From: Pseudomonadota bacterium
GTDB lineage: Bacteria; Bdellovibrionota_B; Oligoflexia; Silvanigrellales; Silvanigrellaceae
Length of the DNA: 64,000 bases
Assembly: GCA_039799905.1 (NCBI GenBank)
Contig: JBDLRP010000006.1
Location: forward strand, 9,765-73,764
Direction: 5' to 3'
The notes under the pieces: generated by a model
Seen by the model: only the letters and a program-made list of their open reading frames with translations
Databases searched by the model: none
What the model was told of the DNA's origin: nothing
Part shown: one piece after another, positions 47,988 through 56,952 of the stretch
Numbering within the stretch: the stretch's first letter is position 1
Layout of the letters: each line of letters begins with the position of its first letter
Translations under genes and position numbers: made by a program

Positions 47988-49151
47988 ATGATGAACGGTC
48001 AAACAAAAATGGCGAGCCCGGACGTGTCAAAACAAGTCGACTTTCAGGCAATTCTCAAAGCCCATGAACAGGGTCTGAATCAGAACGAAGGCAAACTCAG
48101 CCTCATTGCAGGTGATGCGAGTGACCGCAAATTCTATCGCCTCGAGTCGGAAGGCTTGAATGCAATTTGTATGAAGTTTCCCAAGTGGGACGGCGGTTAC
48201 GGCGGTGATCCGCTGAGTTGGCTCGGAATGCACTCAGCATTGATCGGCATCGGAATCCCGGTACCGCAGATACTTTTTGTCGACGAGAAAAACCACTGCA
48301 TCTGGACAGAAGATTTCGGCGATCATTTTCTCAATTGCAACCTCGGCAACAGGGTTCTCGATGAACTTGATCCGGAGTGCAAAACGACTCTGGCTCTCTA
48401 CAAAGAGGCTCTCGAACTTTTGGTCCACGTGCAATATCCGCGCCGACATCTGCTGAACCATCCGGCGCAGGAGAGGTCATTCGATTTCGAAAAACTGATG
48501 TTCGAGATGAATTTTTTCATCACCCATTTCATTAAGGGATGGCTAGGTTTGCCATTCACCGAAAGCGACCCGCGTGACCGCGATCTGCTCAGGGAACTTG
48601 AATCTCTGTGCACCCTGTTGCAGGGAGCAGAACGGGTTCTGTGTCACCGCGATTATCACGTGCGCAACGTGATGGTTGTCGCCGGAAGCGTCAAATGGAT
48701 TGATTTTCAAGACGCACGGATGGGTCCGCACACCTACGACGTCGTCAGTCTGCTGCGCGACAGTTACACGCGCATCACACCCTCGACCCGCTCGTCATTG
48801 TTGAAATTCTATGGCGCCAAGGTGAACGAGGCACGCACGCGGGCTGGCAAGGCATCGATGAGCAACGAAGAACTCTTTCACGAGGCGTCACTGATGGGAT
48901 TGCAACGCAACGTCAAGGCGCTCGGTAGCTTTGGCTATCTCGCAACCCAGAAACAGAAGACCTCGTACCTGAAGTACATCGGCTCCACCATCGAAACGAT
49001 TCTTGCAGATGATTTTTCACGACAGGCAGGAATGAGGATCGCAGACGCATTTCCGGCGACGATTGAATTTCTTCGCGATGTTGTCCAAGGCCGCTGGAAG
49101 GCATTGTTTGAAGCGAAACTCAGGGCCTATGGTATCAACGAAACCTTTTGA
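47988..49151 (+). CDS. amgK: AmgK-like anomeric MurNAc/GlcNAc kinase (APH family)
   Basis: AGDASDRKFYR, HRDYHVRN and IDFQDARMGP..YDVVSLLRD. Confidence 0.8.
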   Translation: MMNGQTKMASPDVSKQVDFQAILKAHEQGLNQNEGKLSLIAGDASDRKFYRLESEGLNAICMKFPKWDGGYGGDPLSWLGMHSALIGIGIPVPQILFVDEKNHCIWTEDFGDHFLNCNLGNRVLDELDPECKTTLALYKEALELLVHVQYPRRHLLNHPAQERSFDFEKLMFEMNFFITHFIKGWLGLPFTESDPRDRDLLRELESLCTLLQGAERVLCHRDYHVRNVMVVAGSVKWIDFQDARMGPHTYDVVSLLRDSYTRITPSTRSSLLKFYGAKVNEARTRAGKASMSNEELFHEASLMGLQRNVKALGSFGYLATQKQKTSYLKYIGSTIETILADDFSRQAGMRIADAFPATIEFLRDVVQGRWKALFEAKLRAYGINETF

Positions 49152-49160
49152 GAGCAGCAC

Positions 49161-49496
49161 TTACTTGAGCTGCGAAATCGGCACAACCTCGAACTGACCA
49201 GCAGCCCTGTCGACGAGAATCGTGACGGTCTGGCTCACTTTGTCGATCATGTAAGGATAGTCGCCACGCGCCTGGCCAAACTTGTTGTCCAGCCAAAGCT
49301 TCACCGCCGCCGACACCTTGACGTCGGTCAGTGTCATTTCGAGTTCAACGGTCTTGCCCTGCTCTTGATACGAGAGCTTCTTCGGAGGCGGAACGTTGAT
49401 GACGATACTTCCGGCGAAGGCGCTTGCACTGCAAACAGCCTGAGCAATCACAATCCCTGTCACCACAACGCGAAGCACTGGATTAAGCTTTGTCAT
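49161..49496 (-). CDS. Small exported hypothetical protein
   Basis: Signal peptide ending ASAFA. Overlaps the upstream gene's end. Confidence 0.65.
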   Translation of the reverse strand: MTKLNPVLRVVVTGIVIAQAVCSASAFAGSIVINVPPPKKLSYQEQGKTVELEMTLTDVKVSAAVKLWLDNKFGQARGDYPYMIDKVSQTVTILVDRAAGQFEVVPISQLK

Positions 49497-50037
49497 GACG
49501 CGTGATCCTCCCCGAAATAATAAGGTCAAAGGCGGTGTTCTGTTCACCGGACTCCGCCACTCCCGGATTCGAAGCGTGTTTCAAAATGACCTGACGCAAA
49601 TCTTCGAGCAGGGCTTCCGAGGCCCGCACACTCTCTCCCAAGCCGTGGTAGTAACAGTAAAGGCTGTTTTGGGGAGTGTCGCTCATCGAAGCAACCTTGG
49701 ACAACGCAGTTGCGCGATCGGCGGCAACCTGGGCGGCTGACAACGAATCATGGCCCATGAATTCAAGACCACTGACAAGCGCTTCGTATCCACAGGCACG
49801 AGTTTTCGATGCCTTGATAGCTTCATTTTGAAGCAAAAGCGGGACGTGCAGGTTTTCAATATAAAGCTGCACAATTTCGGGTTCGCCCGAATGTGCCAGC
49901 AAAACACCCGTGTGTAGCGGGCGGTCGGCAACGATGTTGTGAAAAACCTCGATGAGCTCCGGATGATGCTTGATGAAGCGATAAAGCTGCGCATGAGCCT
50001 CTTCGCTTATCAACATTTTAGGCAACGAATTTGTCAC
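49483..50037 (-). CDS. Hypothetical protein
   Basis: GTG start after GGAGGG; 184 aa. Confidence 0.7.
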   Translation of the reverse strand: MTNSLPKMLISEEAHAQLYRFIKHHPELIEVFHNIVADRPLHTGVLLAHSGEPEIVQLYIENLHVPLLLQNEAIKASKTRACGYEALVSGLEFMGHDSLSAAQVAADRATALSKVASMSDTPQNSLYCYYHGLGESVRASEALLEDLRQVILKHASNPGVAESGEQNTAFDLIISGRITRHDKA

Positions 50038-50153
50038 GAGATTCCCTCCGCACGTCCGTTGTTAATTGGCCGGTCGACCAAACTTGTAACATTCACACTA
50101 CCACCCTGCAAGTCCTGCCGCCATAATTTTCTCGCCGTTGGCAAACCGATTTC

Positions 50154-50183
50154 AAAAAAAAATGCGAGTCATCGGACCCGCAT
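50154..50183 (-). terminator. Intrinsic terminator after the XRE regulator
   Basis: Minus strand reads ATGCGGGTC-CGAT-GACTCGCAT followed by a T run. Confidence 0.85.
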
Positions 50184-50188
50184 AAAAT

Positions 50189-50878
50189 TCACCGTCGCAT
50201 CAATTCAAAATGGGTGAAGTAATGCTTGAGCAGCTCACGCAATCGCTCAATAATCTGCTGTGACTGCGCGTCGTCGCCTTTGGGTTTGCGCCAATCGATG
50301 TAGTCCTCAAGAACTTGCCGCTCGAATCTCAGCCGTGTGTCGTAGGGCAACTGACAGAGCAATCCGCCCAGTCGCACCCACCAGCGGACGCGTCGCGGCA
50401 TCAGCGGCTCGAGGGTTTCGTCGCTCCGGCGCCCCCCAACCTGTTGCGCGCGCTCATCAGGAAATACTGGATTTTCGAGAACTTGCAAAAACAGTTCACG
50501 CTCTTCGATCGAGACTTCTGCAAAATGGGCAAGGAGTTTTTCTTGCCATGGGTCCAGCTGGGCACCGCCCTGTAAGTCAGATTCCATCGCCGCAAGCCGA
50601 GCGAGAAACTGAGTCAGCTCCATACCCTCGAGGTCTGCGATACGCAGGAGAAGGTCGAGGGCAATTCCCTTGGAATTGTCGGTCGTGTTTTGTTCATATT
50701 CCCGATATCGATTGAGCGAGAGTCCAAGTCTGCCCGCCATTTCACTTTGAGTGAGTCCCTCGCGTGCCCTGAAGCTCGACAGAAAACGGGCTATCCCTTC
50801 CAGATAGCCTGCCAGTCGCGGGTGTGAGGGTAAGCTCGACATGGTTTTTGAGAGCCTCTCGATCTTCTGTGCGGTCAA
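50189..50878 (-). CDS. XRE-family helix-turn-helix transcriptional regulator
   Basis: FRAREGLTQSEMAGRLGLSLNRYREYE. Confidence 0.85.
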   Translation of the reverse strand: MTAQKIERLSKTMSSLPSHPRLAGYLEGIARFLSSFRAREGLTQSEMAGRLGLSLNRYREYEQNTTDNSKGIALDLLLRIADLEGMELTQFLARLAAMESDLQGGAQLDPWQEKLLAHFAEVSIEERELFLQVLENPVFPDERAQQVGGRRSDETLEPLMPRRVRWWVRLGGLLCQLPYDTRLRFERQVLEDYIDWRKPKGDDAQSQQIIERLRELLKHYFTHFELMRR

Positions 50879-51014
50879 TCCGTCATGACTTCTGTCACCC
50901 GTTTAATCATGCCCATCTTGAGCTGTCTAGCAAGTGTCCCGTACGCTTGATTGAGCAAGAGTGTGCTGAACCCTCCGAATCAAGCGGGCTGAATTAGATT
51001 GGGGAGTCTTGAAT

Positions 51015-52367
51015 ATGCAACAAAAGGAACTTCAGGGAATCGTCTTGTGCGCAGGCCTAGGCACCCGACTTAGGCCACTGACGTCGGTCGTTCCCAAACC
51101 CGCCGTTCCAGTCGGTCCGGTGCCGGCAGCGCTCAGAAACATAGAACAAATGCTGGATTCAGGAATGTCCCTGGTTCACTGCAACACGCATTACCTGGCC
51201 CAAGAGCTCGAGAACGAGCTGCAGGCTGCGTGTCTGTCGCGATCCATCAGTCCCGATAGAATCAGATTTTGGAACGAGACCGATTTGTTAGAAACGGGTG
51301 GTGGCATTGCACGCATCGTGCATGCACTTGCAAGTGAAAAGGGGCGTTCCGAGATTCCTGACACCATGGTGGTCTCGGGCGATATCGTTGCTGACATCCC
51401 TATTGAGAAGATGAGAGAACTCTGGAGCGGGCGGGAGTCAAGTTGCACGACACTCATGGTCAGTCTTCCGCTCGACAGACCCAGAAAGGACGTCACTTGG
51501 GTGGATTTGGAAAACCGACGCGTACGCGGTTTTGGCACAGACTTTGATGAGGCGACCGCCAACTCGCGCGGACTCAGCGCACGGGTTTTTTCAAATCATC
51601 AGATTCTTTCGGGGACCATTCTCGAACGGCAGGGCATCGAAAAAAAATCCAGCATAGATTTGTTTTACAGAAGCGCGCTGCGTTTGGGTGAAGAGATAAT
51701 TCATCTGCCGTGGAGCCCAAACGCACAGTGGTTCGACATCGGAACTCCCGCGTCCTATTTGCACTGCGCAAGCTTGCTTAAGCAACCCATGACCCCACGC
51801 ATGAGTGATCACAGCTTGAGCAGAATTTCTCTTCTTTTGCCTTCCTCTGAAGACATCGAAAGTGATCAGGCAGACAACCCAAGCATGATCAGACACGATC
51901 GTCCGAGAGCAGGAGTGAATAGCTTTGCGCAGTTTTGCCTACGCAAGACAACGCAAGATTCAAAATGGTGCTGGCTGGGTGAACTGCACTCTCTGACTGC
52001 TCAGCTGGCCGCCGCACTCGATCTCATCTTATGCTCTGCTCTTTCTGATGGTGTGTCCGGAAAAGGACCAGATGATTCCGCTCAGGGGGATTATTTCTTA
52101 CACACTCTGGAGGATTTCTCTCTCCAGCGGCCTACGGCCTCGATGCATGCCCCGCTTGATCTTTCGAGGCTTGAAAATTGTGAGGGTTTCCTCACTGCCA
52201 GATTGCCTTCAACTCACACTTCATTCGCCCGGCTGCAGACCCCGCTCCTCGTATCGCTCGATCTTCTTCTCGGGGCCGGCACTCGCCTCACTCACAACTC
52301 GCTCAGTCAAGACTCTCTTTCACAATTCTGGATTCTCTTCATTCCGCAGAAGCTGTCAGCTGGCTGA
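51015..52367 (+). CDS. MurU-like sugar-1-phosphate nucleotidyltransferase with long C-terminal extension
   Basis: LCAGLGTRLRPLT..PKP, NTHYLA, LLETGGG and WFDIGTP. Confidence 0.8.
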   Translation: MQQKELQGIVLCAGLGTRLRPLTSVVPKPAVPVGPVPAALRNIEQMLDSGMSLVHCNTHYLAQELENELQAACLSRSISPDRIRFWNETDLLETGGGIARIVHALASEKGRSEIPDTMVVSGDIVADIPIEKMRELWSGRESSCTTLMVSLPLDRPRKDVTWVDLENRRVRGFGTDFDEATANSRGLSARVFSNHQILSGTILERQGIEKKSSIDLFYRSALRLGEEIIHLPWSPNAQWFDIGTPASYLHCASLLKQPMTPRMSDHSLSRISLLLPSSEDIESDQADNPSMIRHDRPRAGVNSFAQFCLRKTTQDSKWCWLGELHSLTAQLAAALDLILCSALSDGVSGKGPDDSAQGDYFLHTLEDFSLQRPTASMHAPLDLSRLENCEGFLTARLPSTHTSFARLQTPLLVSLDLLLGAGTRLTHNSLSQDSLSQFWILFIPQKLSAG

Positions 52368-53517
52368 ATTCACCTTCGACCGAAACGACTGATTCATCAC
52401 TTGTGCCGGTTTCATTGTCGGCGTTCTCATCACTGTCTTTGCCTTGCGTTTCGAGTTCTGCTTCGTTCTCGTCCTTGATGGCAACTTTGCTTGTTGCGCG
52501 GTAGGTCAGGACCATTCCAACACGGATTCTGTCGGGATTGAGCACCTGCGGATTTTCTTTCCAGAGGGCGCGCCATGCACCTTGGGTTCCGTAGAATTTC
52601 GCAGCGAGCCGAGACAGTGTGTCGCCTTTGCTGACCGTGTATGCCTGACGGTTACCAATTTCATATTTCTCGGCAAACGCTTTGGAAGAGTCGTCCAGAG
52701 TGAAGTAAATGACATCTCCGGGGTAAATCTTGTTCGCGTCTGCCAGTCCGTTTTCTGCCTGAAGCGCCTTCCACTTCTTGCGTGAGCCATAGATCTTCTG
52801 GGCGATGGCACCGAGCGTGTCGCCACGCATCACGTAGTAGGCCATTTTGGAGCCCATTTCCGGAAGTGCAGTGGGTCCGGTGGGTGCGGCAGCTGACGCT
52901 GAATCACCGGCCGGAGCAACGGCAGGCTGGCTGGCCACGCTAGCATCTACCGGAACAGGAGCTGCCTCGGTGGGCGCTGCTGCTGCAGTACCTGGGTCAT
53001 AGGGAGCAGCGTTCGACGGAACCGCTTCGGAATTTGCGGGAGATGCAAATGGATTGCCTGCGTTGGCATCCGCAGCAGCTGCTGGGTTGCTGGCCTCCAT
53101 GGGTGGCGGCTCCGCTGCAGCGTTTCCGTTCACTTCAGCATTGATTGCACCGCCACCATCTTCTGCTGGGGCAGTGTTCGTGGCACCGCCTTGCTCGTTG
53201 GCAATCGCATTGTTGAGCTCGTTGCCAATTGGATTATTCGAAGCTGCGGCCTCGCCTTCGGGTTTGGCCGTGTTCGCGTTCTCTGTGTTGGCGTTGGCGG
53301 CGGCAGCATTACCGTTCTCAGCAGCCTCGCCATTGGCGTTGGAACCAGCATTGTTGCCCGACGCTGCTTCCTCACCGGCTGTTGCACCCTCGAGTGCCGG
53401 GTTGGGCGACTCGTCACCTGATGAACTGCAGGCTATCGGTCCGACGGCAAGAAAAATTGCCGCAACTGCCGGAAGCAGATAACTTCTCATTTTGGAGAGC
53501 GGTCGAAAACGCATCAT
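52339..53517 (-). CDS. Lipoprotein with disordered N/A/P-rich linker and two LysM domains
   Basis: GPIAC lipobox-like site, YYVMRGDTLGAIAQKIYG and YTVSKGDTLSRLAAKFYG. Confidence 0.9.
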   Translation of the reverse strand: MMRFRPLSKMRSYLLPAVAAIFLAVGPIACSSSGDESPNPALEGATAGEEAASGNNAGSNANGEAAENGNAAAANANTENANTAKPEGEAAASNNPIGNELNNAIANEQGGATNTAPAEDGGGAINAEVNGNAAAEPPPMEASNPAAAADANAGNPFASPANSEAVPSNAAPYDPGTAAAAPTEAAPVPVDASVASQPAVAPAGDSASAAAPTGPTALPEMGSKMAYYVMRGDTLGAIAQKIYGSRKKWKALQAENGLADANKIYPGDVIYFTLDDSSKAFAEKYEIGNRQAYTVSKGDTLSRLAAKFYGTQGAWRALWKENPQVLNPDRIRVGMVLTYRATSKVAIKDENEAELETQGKDSDENADNETGTSDESVVSVEGEFSQLTASAE

Positions 53518-53579
53518 TGCCGGATACCCTCATGAAGGATTCCAATGTTAAGACACCAGTCCCAACACCATTTGCTGAT

Positions 53580-53606
53580 GGTTCGGCGTCTCTCTAAAAA
53601 GCTTTA
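53580..53606 (-). promoter_or_regulatory. sigma28 (FliA)-like promoter
   Basis: TAAAG-N14-GCCGAACC upstream of the LysM gene. Confidence 0.6.
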
Positions 53607-53680
53607 AAGCCTTTGCGTAAATTTTTGGCATCTCGAATTGCCCGCCGCCAAAGATCTGACTCAAGGCCACCGGAGGCGGA

Positions 53681-54772
53681 ATGGACCAGTTCAATCACAT
53701 CACGGTTTTGCTGCAGGAAACTATCAATCTTGTATCGGCAAACTTTGCATCTTCTCTTGCCACGCGAAAATCTCAAATATGGGCAGACTGCACTCTCGGC
53801 GGTGCCGGACACACGCTCGCCCTGTTCGACCGCTTTGCGGAGACGCTTCGAAATGCGGAACACACGGATTGTCGCATCGAACATCTGTGCTGTGACCAGG
53901 ATCCCGTTGCTCTGGAGGTAGCCGGACAGCGCCTTCGCCAATGGAAAGAACGTCATGGCGAGCTTGCAGCAAACATCACCGTCACGCTGCTTCCCATCAA
54001 CTTTCGCGATCTTTCGAGTTGGCTGAGAGAAAACAGACCATCACAAAAAGTCAGTGGTCTGATCGCAGACTTTGGCGTCAGCTCTCCACAGATAGACTCG
54101 GCAGAACGGGGTTTTTCATTTCTTCGTGAAGGTCCGCTCGACATGCGCATGAACACAGAGGGCTACACGACGGCGCACAGCATTCTGACGACTTGGGAAG
54201 CCGACGAACTGCAAAGAATCTTCTCCGACTATGGGGAAGAACCCCGCTCCCGCGCGCTGGCCCGCGCGATTGTCCAGGACCGTGGCAAGGGACTGCTTCC
54301 ACTGTCAAATACAGTGGAGTTCGCAAATTATGTCTCGCGTGTCTTGGGGTATCATCAGAGTCGGGTGCACCCTGCAACACGGATTTTTCAGGCGTTGAGA
54401 ATCGCGGTGAACGAAGAGCTCAGTTCAATTGAAGAACTGCTCGCAGCGATGCCAACCCTGATGGATGCCGAAAGTTGTGCGGGATTGATCAGTTTTCACT
54501 CACTGGAAGACAGGCTTGTGAAAAGATACTTCAGGGCTTGGGAACAAGGCGATTTAACGCCGGAAGCGAAGCGCAAGAGCGAAAAGCAGCGCTGGACAGA
54601 GAGCCAGCTTGGTCTTTTTGCCGCTGCCGACAACAAGCAAAATTCGTTTGGCCGCGAAGAACCGCGCGGCGGCATCGTGGCGGGCGACGAAGAGGTCAAA
54701 ATCAATCCCCGAGCACGTTCAGCACGTTTGCGGGGTTTTAGTTTCACAAACGCAGCGCCTGTTAGAACGTAA
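53681..54772 (+). CDS. rsmH: 16S rRNA m4C1402 methyltransferase RsmH
   Basis: HITVLLQE, DCTLGGAGH, DFGVSSPQID, HPATRIFQALRI and NPRARSARLR. Confidence 0.97.
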   Translation: MDQFNHITVLLQETINLVSANFASSLATRKSQIWADCTLGGAGHTLALFDRFAETLRNAEHTDCRIEHLCCDQDPVALEVAGQRLRQWKERHGELAANITVTLLPINFRDLSSWLRENRPSQKVSGLIADFGVSSPQIDSAERGFSFLREGPLDMRMNTEGYTTAHSILTTWEADELQRIFSDYGEEPRSRALARAIVQDRGKGLLPLSNTVEFANYVSRVLGYHQSRVHPATRIFQALRIAVNEELSSIEELLAAMPTLMDAESCAGLISFHSLEDRLVKRYFRAWEQGDLTPEAKRKSEKQRWTESQLGLFAAADNKQNSFGREEPRGGIVAGDEEVKINPRARSARLRGFSFTNAAPVRT

Positions 54773-54800
54773 AAAACCAAGCACGCTAGGAGGACTCGCT

Positions 54801-55142
54801 TTGAAATTTCACTGGAAGCGCATTGACGCCAGTCTCCTATGCTTCGCACTTGTCGTACTCGCAGCAGTGCCCGTCGCAGCGTTGCGAACAAAAACCTATG
54901 CAATCGGCTATGAACTGGGACGCCTCAAGTCGGAGGAAAAGCTCCTCCGACAGCGCAACGTCGAGCTGCAAACCCAACTCGCTTCGGTACAGCGCGCAGT
55001 CCGCGACAGCAGATTGAAAACAGCCGGACAAGGCAAACCCGCACAGCTCAACCTTCCCTCGCAAACAAACGTCTGGCGCCCACAAAACGCGCCGGTGAAA
55101 TCGGAGACTCAGACGGGTGAGAAAAATATTCAAAAGCCGTAA
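54801..55142 (+). CDS. ftsL: Cell division protein FtsL-like
   Basis: One TM helix plus a coiled coil (GYELGRLKSEEKLLRQRNVELQTQLASV). Sits between rsmH and ftsI. Confidence 0.7.
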   Translation: MKFHWKRIDASLLCFALVVLAAVPVAALRTKTYAIGYELGRLKSEEKLLRQRNVELQTQLASVQRAVRDSRLKTAGQGKPAQLNLPSQTNVWRPQNAPVKSETQTGEKNIQKP

Positions 55143-56952
55143 GAGTGCACCGACGAAAAGGTTGCACGACACAGCGGATGGCACAGATCTTCAATTGCGT
55201 GTCAAACTGTTCGCGGGCGCACTTGCCGCCGCGGGCGTCCTCATGATTGGCCGCTATGCACAACTCGCCGTGCTTCCCACCGAGATGAATGAGAAGCTCC
55301 GAAGCCGCGCGACAAAACAATTCGAGTCGGAAGTTACGCTGCTCCCGCCACGCGCGAAGATTGTAGACCGATCGGGACGCACGCTGGCAGTCAGCGTGCT
55401 TCACCCAAGCCTGTTTGCCATTCCCAAGCGTCTTCCGGCTGACCGCGCCACGCTTGAAAAAATTGCAAAACAAATCCGTGTGCCGGTCAGCGTGTTGGTT
55501 GATTTAAGGCGGACGAAAAAGGGTTTCGCGTGGTTGCGTCGACATATCCCACCTCACGAGCTTTCCGGTATGGGCGATCTCCAACAGTGGCGCGAGTTCA
55601 TCGGTGTCGCCGAAGAGCCCAAGCGCATCTATCCGGAGAGGGAAACTGCAGCACATTTGATCGGGTTTGTCGGCATAGACAACAACGGACTTGAGGGTGC
55701 TGAGGCGATTTTTAATGCCAAACTCAATGGTGTCGGGCAGATTGCCAAAGTCACCCGCGATGCACGCGGTCATATCACGCTCACGACGCCCAACGGTGCG
55801 GTGCAACCCGAGACGCAGAGCCCGCCGCTGGAACTGTCAATCGATTTGTCTATCCAGATGACAGCTGAAAGTGCCTTGCGTGAGGGAGTCATAAAATCAC
55901 GTGCACGCGCAGGTTCTGCGGTCGTGATGGACGTGACGACGGGTGAAATTCTCGCAATTGCAAGTTATCCCTCCTACGACCTAAATAGTCCACCGGCGAA
56001 TCAACCGGAATCACGCCGCTTCAGACCACTCATGGACGCACTTGAGCTCGGCTCGGTTGTCAAACCGATGTTTATTGCACGCGCCATCGACAAAAAGAAA
56101 ATCCGCGCAAACGAGCCTTTCTTTTGCGAAAACGGGTCGATGGCTGTCCCAGGTGGAAAAATCAGAGACACGCATCCACATGCAACACTACTTCCTTCGG
56201 AAGTCATCAAATACAGCAGCAACATATGCACATATAAAATCGTCCAGCGTCTTGGCAGAACGGGTCTCTATGACGCACTTGGCGCATTTGGTTTTACGCG
56301 GACTACTGCGACAGGCCTGCCGGGTGAATGGTCCGGACGCGTACAGAAGCCCGAGGTGTGGCGTGAAATGCGCTTTGCCAATATGGCTTTTGGTCAGGGC
56401 ATTGCTATCAGTCCGCTGCAAATGACACGTGCCATGGCGATTCTCTCTGGAGGTGGAACCGATCCGGGAATCAGGATTCTTGCACGCGGAGACCAAGATG
56501 AAAATGACGGCCTGAACCTGCCGGCACTCAGAGTTATTTCTGATGAGACCAGCAAACTCGTCACCAATATGATGAGGGGAGTCGTTGAAGAGGAAGGCGG
56601 AACGGGAAGACTGGCATCCATTTCCGGTCTAGCAGTGGCCGGAAAAACGGGAACCGCGGAAAAATACGATCCCAAGACTCGCTCGTATAGTGAACGGATT
56701 GCCACCTTCACAGGCGTGTTGCCGGCAGAAAAACCACGTCTGGCAATCACTGTTGTCATCGATGAACCGCAAGTCAGACCTGCTTATGGTGGAGTGCTGG
56801 CAGGACCAGTCTTTTCTGAGATAGGGCAAAAAGCCATCAACTATCTGAACTCACAAGGCCTCATTCAACTCGAAGAAAATCCTATCCAACCCATTCCCGA
56901 CAAACTCGCAAAACAGGTGCCCGCCGGAGGAAACACTCATGATCGGCGGTGA
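55117..56952 (+). CDS. ftsI: Septal transpeptidase FtsI (PBP3)
   Basis: SxxK (GSVVK), SxN (SSN), KTG and N-terminal RAKIVDR. Confidence 0.93.
   Translation: MRKIFKSRKSAPTKRLHDTADGTDLQLRVKLFAGALAAAGVLMIGRYAQLAVLPTEMNEKLRSRATKQFESEVTLLPPRAKIVDRSGRTLAVSVLHPSLFAIPKRLPADRATLEKIAKQIRVPVSVLVDLRRTKKGFAWLRRHIPPHELSGMGDLQQWREFIGVAEEPKRIYPERETAAHLIGFVGIDNNGLEGAEAIFNAKLNGVGQIAKVTRDARGHITLTTPNGAVQPETQSPPLELSIDLSIQMTAESALREGVIKSRARAGSAVVMDVTTGEILAIASYPSYDLNSPPANQPESRRFRPLMDALELGSVVKPMFIARAIDKKKIRANEPFFCENGSMAVPGGKIRDTHPHATLLPSEVIKYSSNICTYKIVQRLGRTGLYDALGAFGFTRTTATGLPGEWSGRVQKPEVWREMRFANMAFGQGIAISPLQMTRAMAILSGGGTDPGIRILARGDQDENDGLNLPALRVISDETSKLVTNMMRGVVEEEGGTGRLASISGLAVAGKTGTAEKYDPKTRSYSERIATFTGVLPAEKPRLAITVVIDEPQVRPAYGGVLAGPVFSEIGQKAINYLNSQGLIQLEENPIQPIPDKLAKQVPAGGNTHDRR

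Noticed and set aside
49152..51008. Mobile element or toxin-antitoxin cassette
   Set aside because: No integrase, transposase, terminal repeats or toxin motif, and the XRE gene has its own terminator.
52860..53420. Repetitive-looking DNA in the LysM gene
   Set aside because: It encodes a low-complexity Ala/Asn/Pro linker; there are no fixed-period repeats or CRISPR-like spacers.
53626..53641. sigma54-like TGGCATCTCGAATTGC upstream of rsmH
   Set aside because: GG-to-GC spacing is 11, one more than the strict 10.
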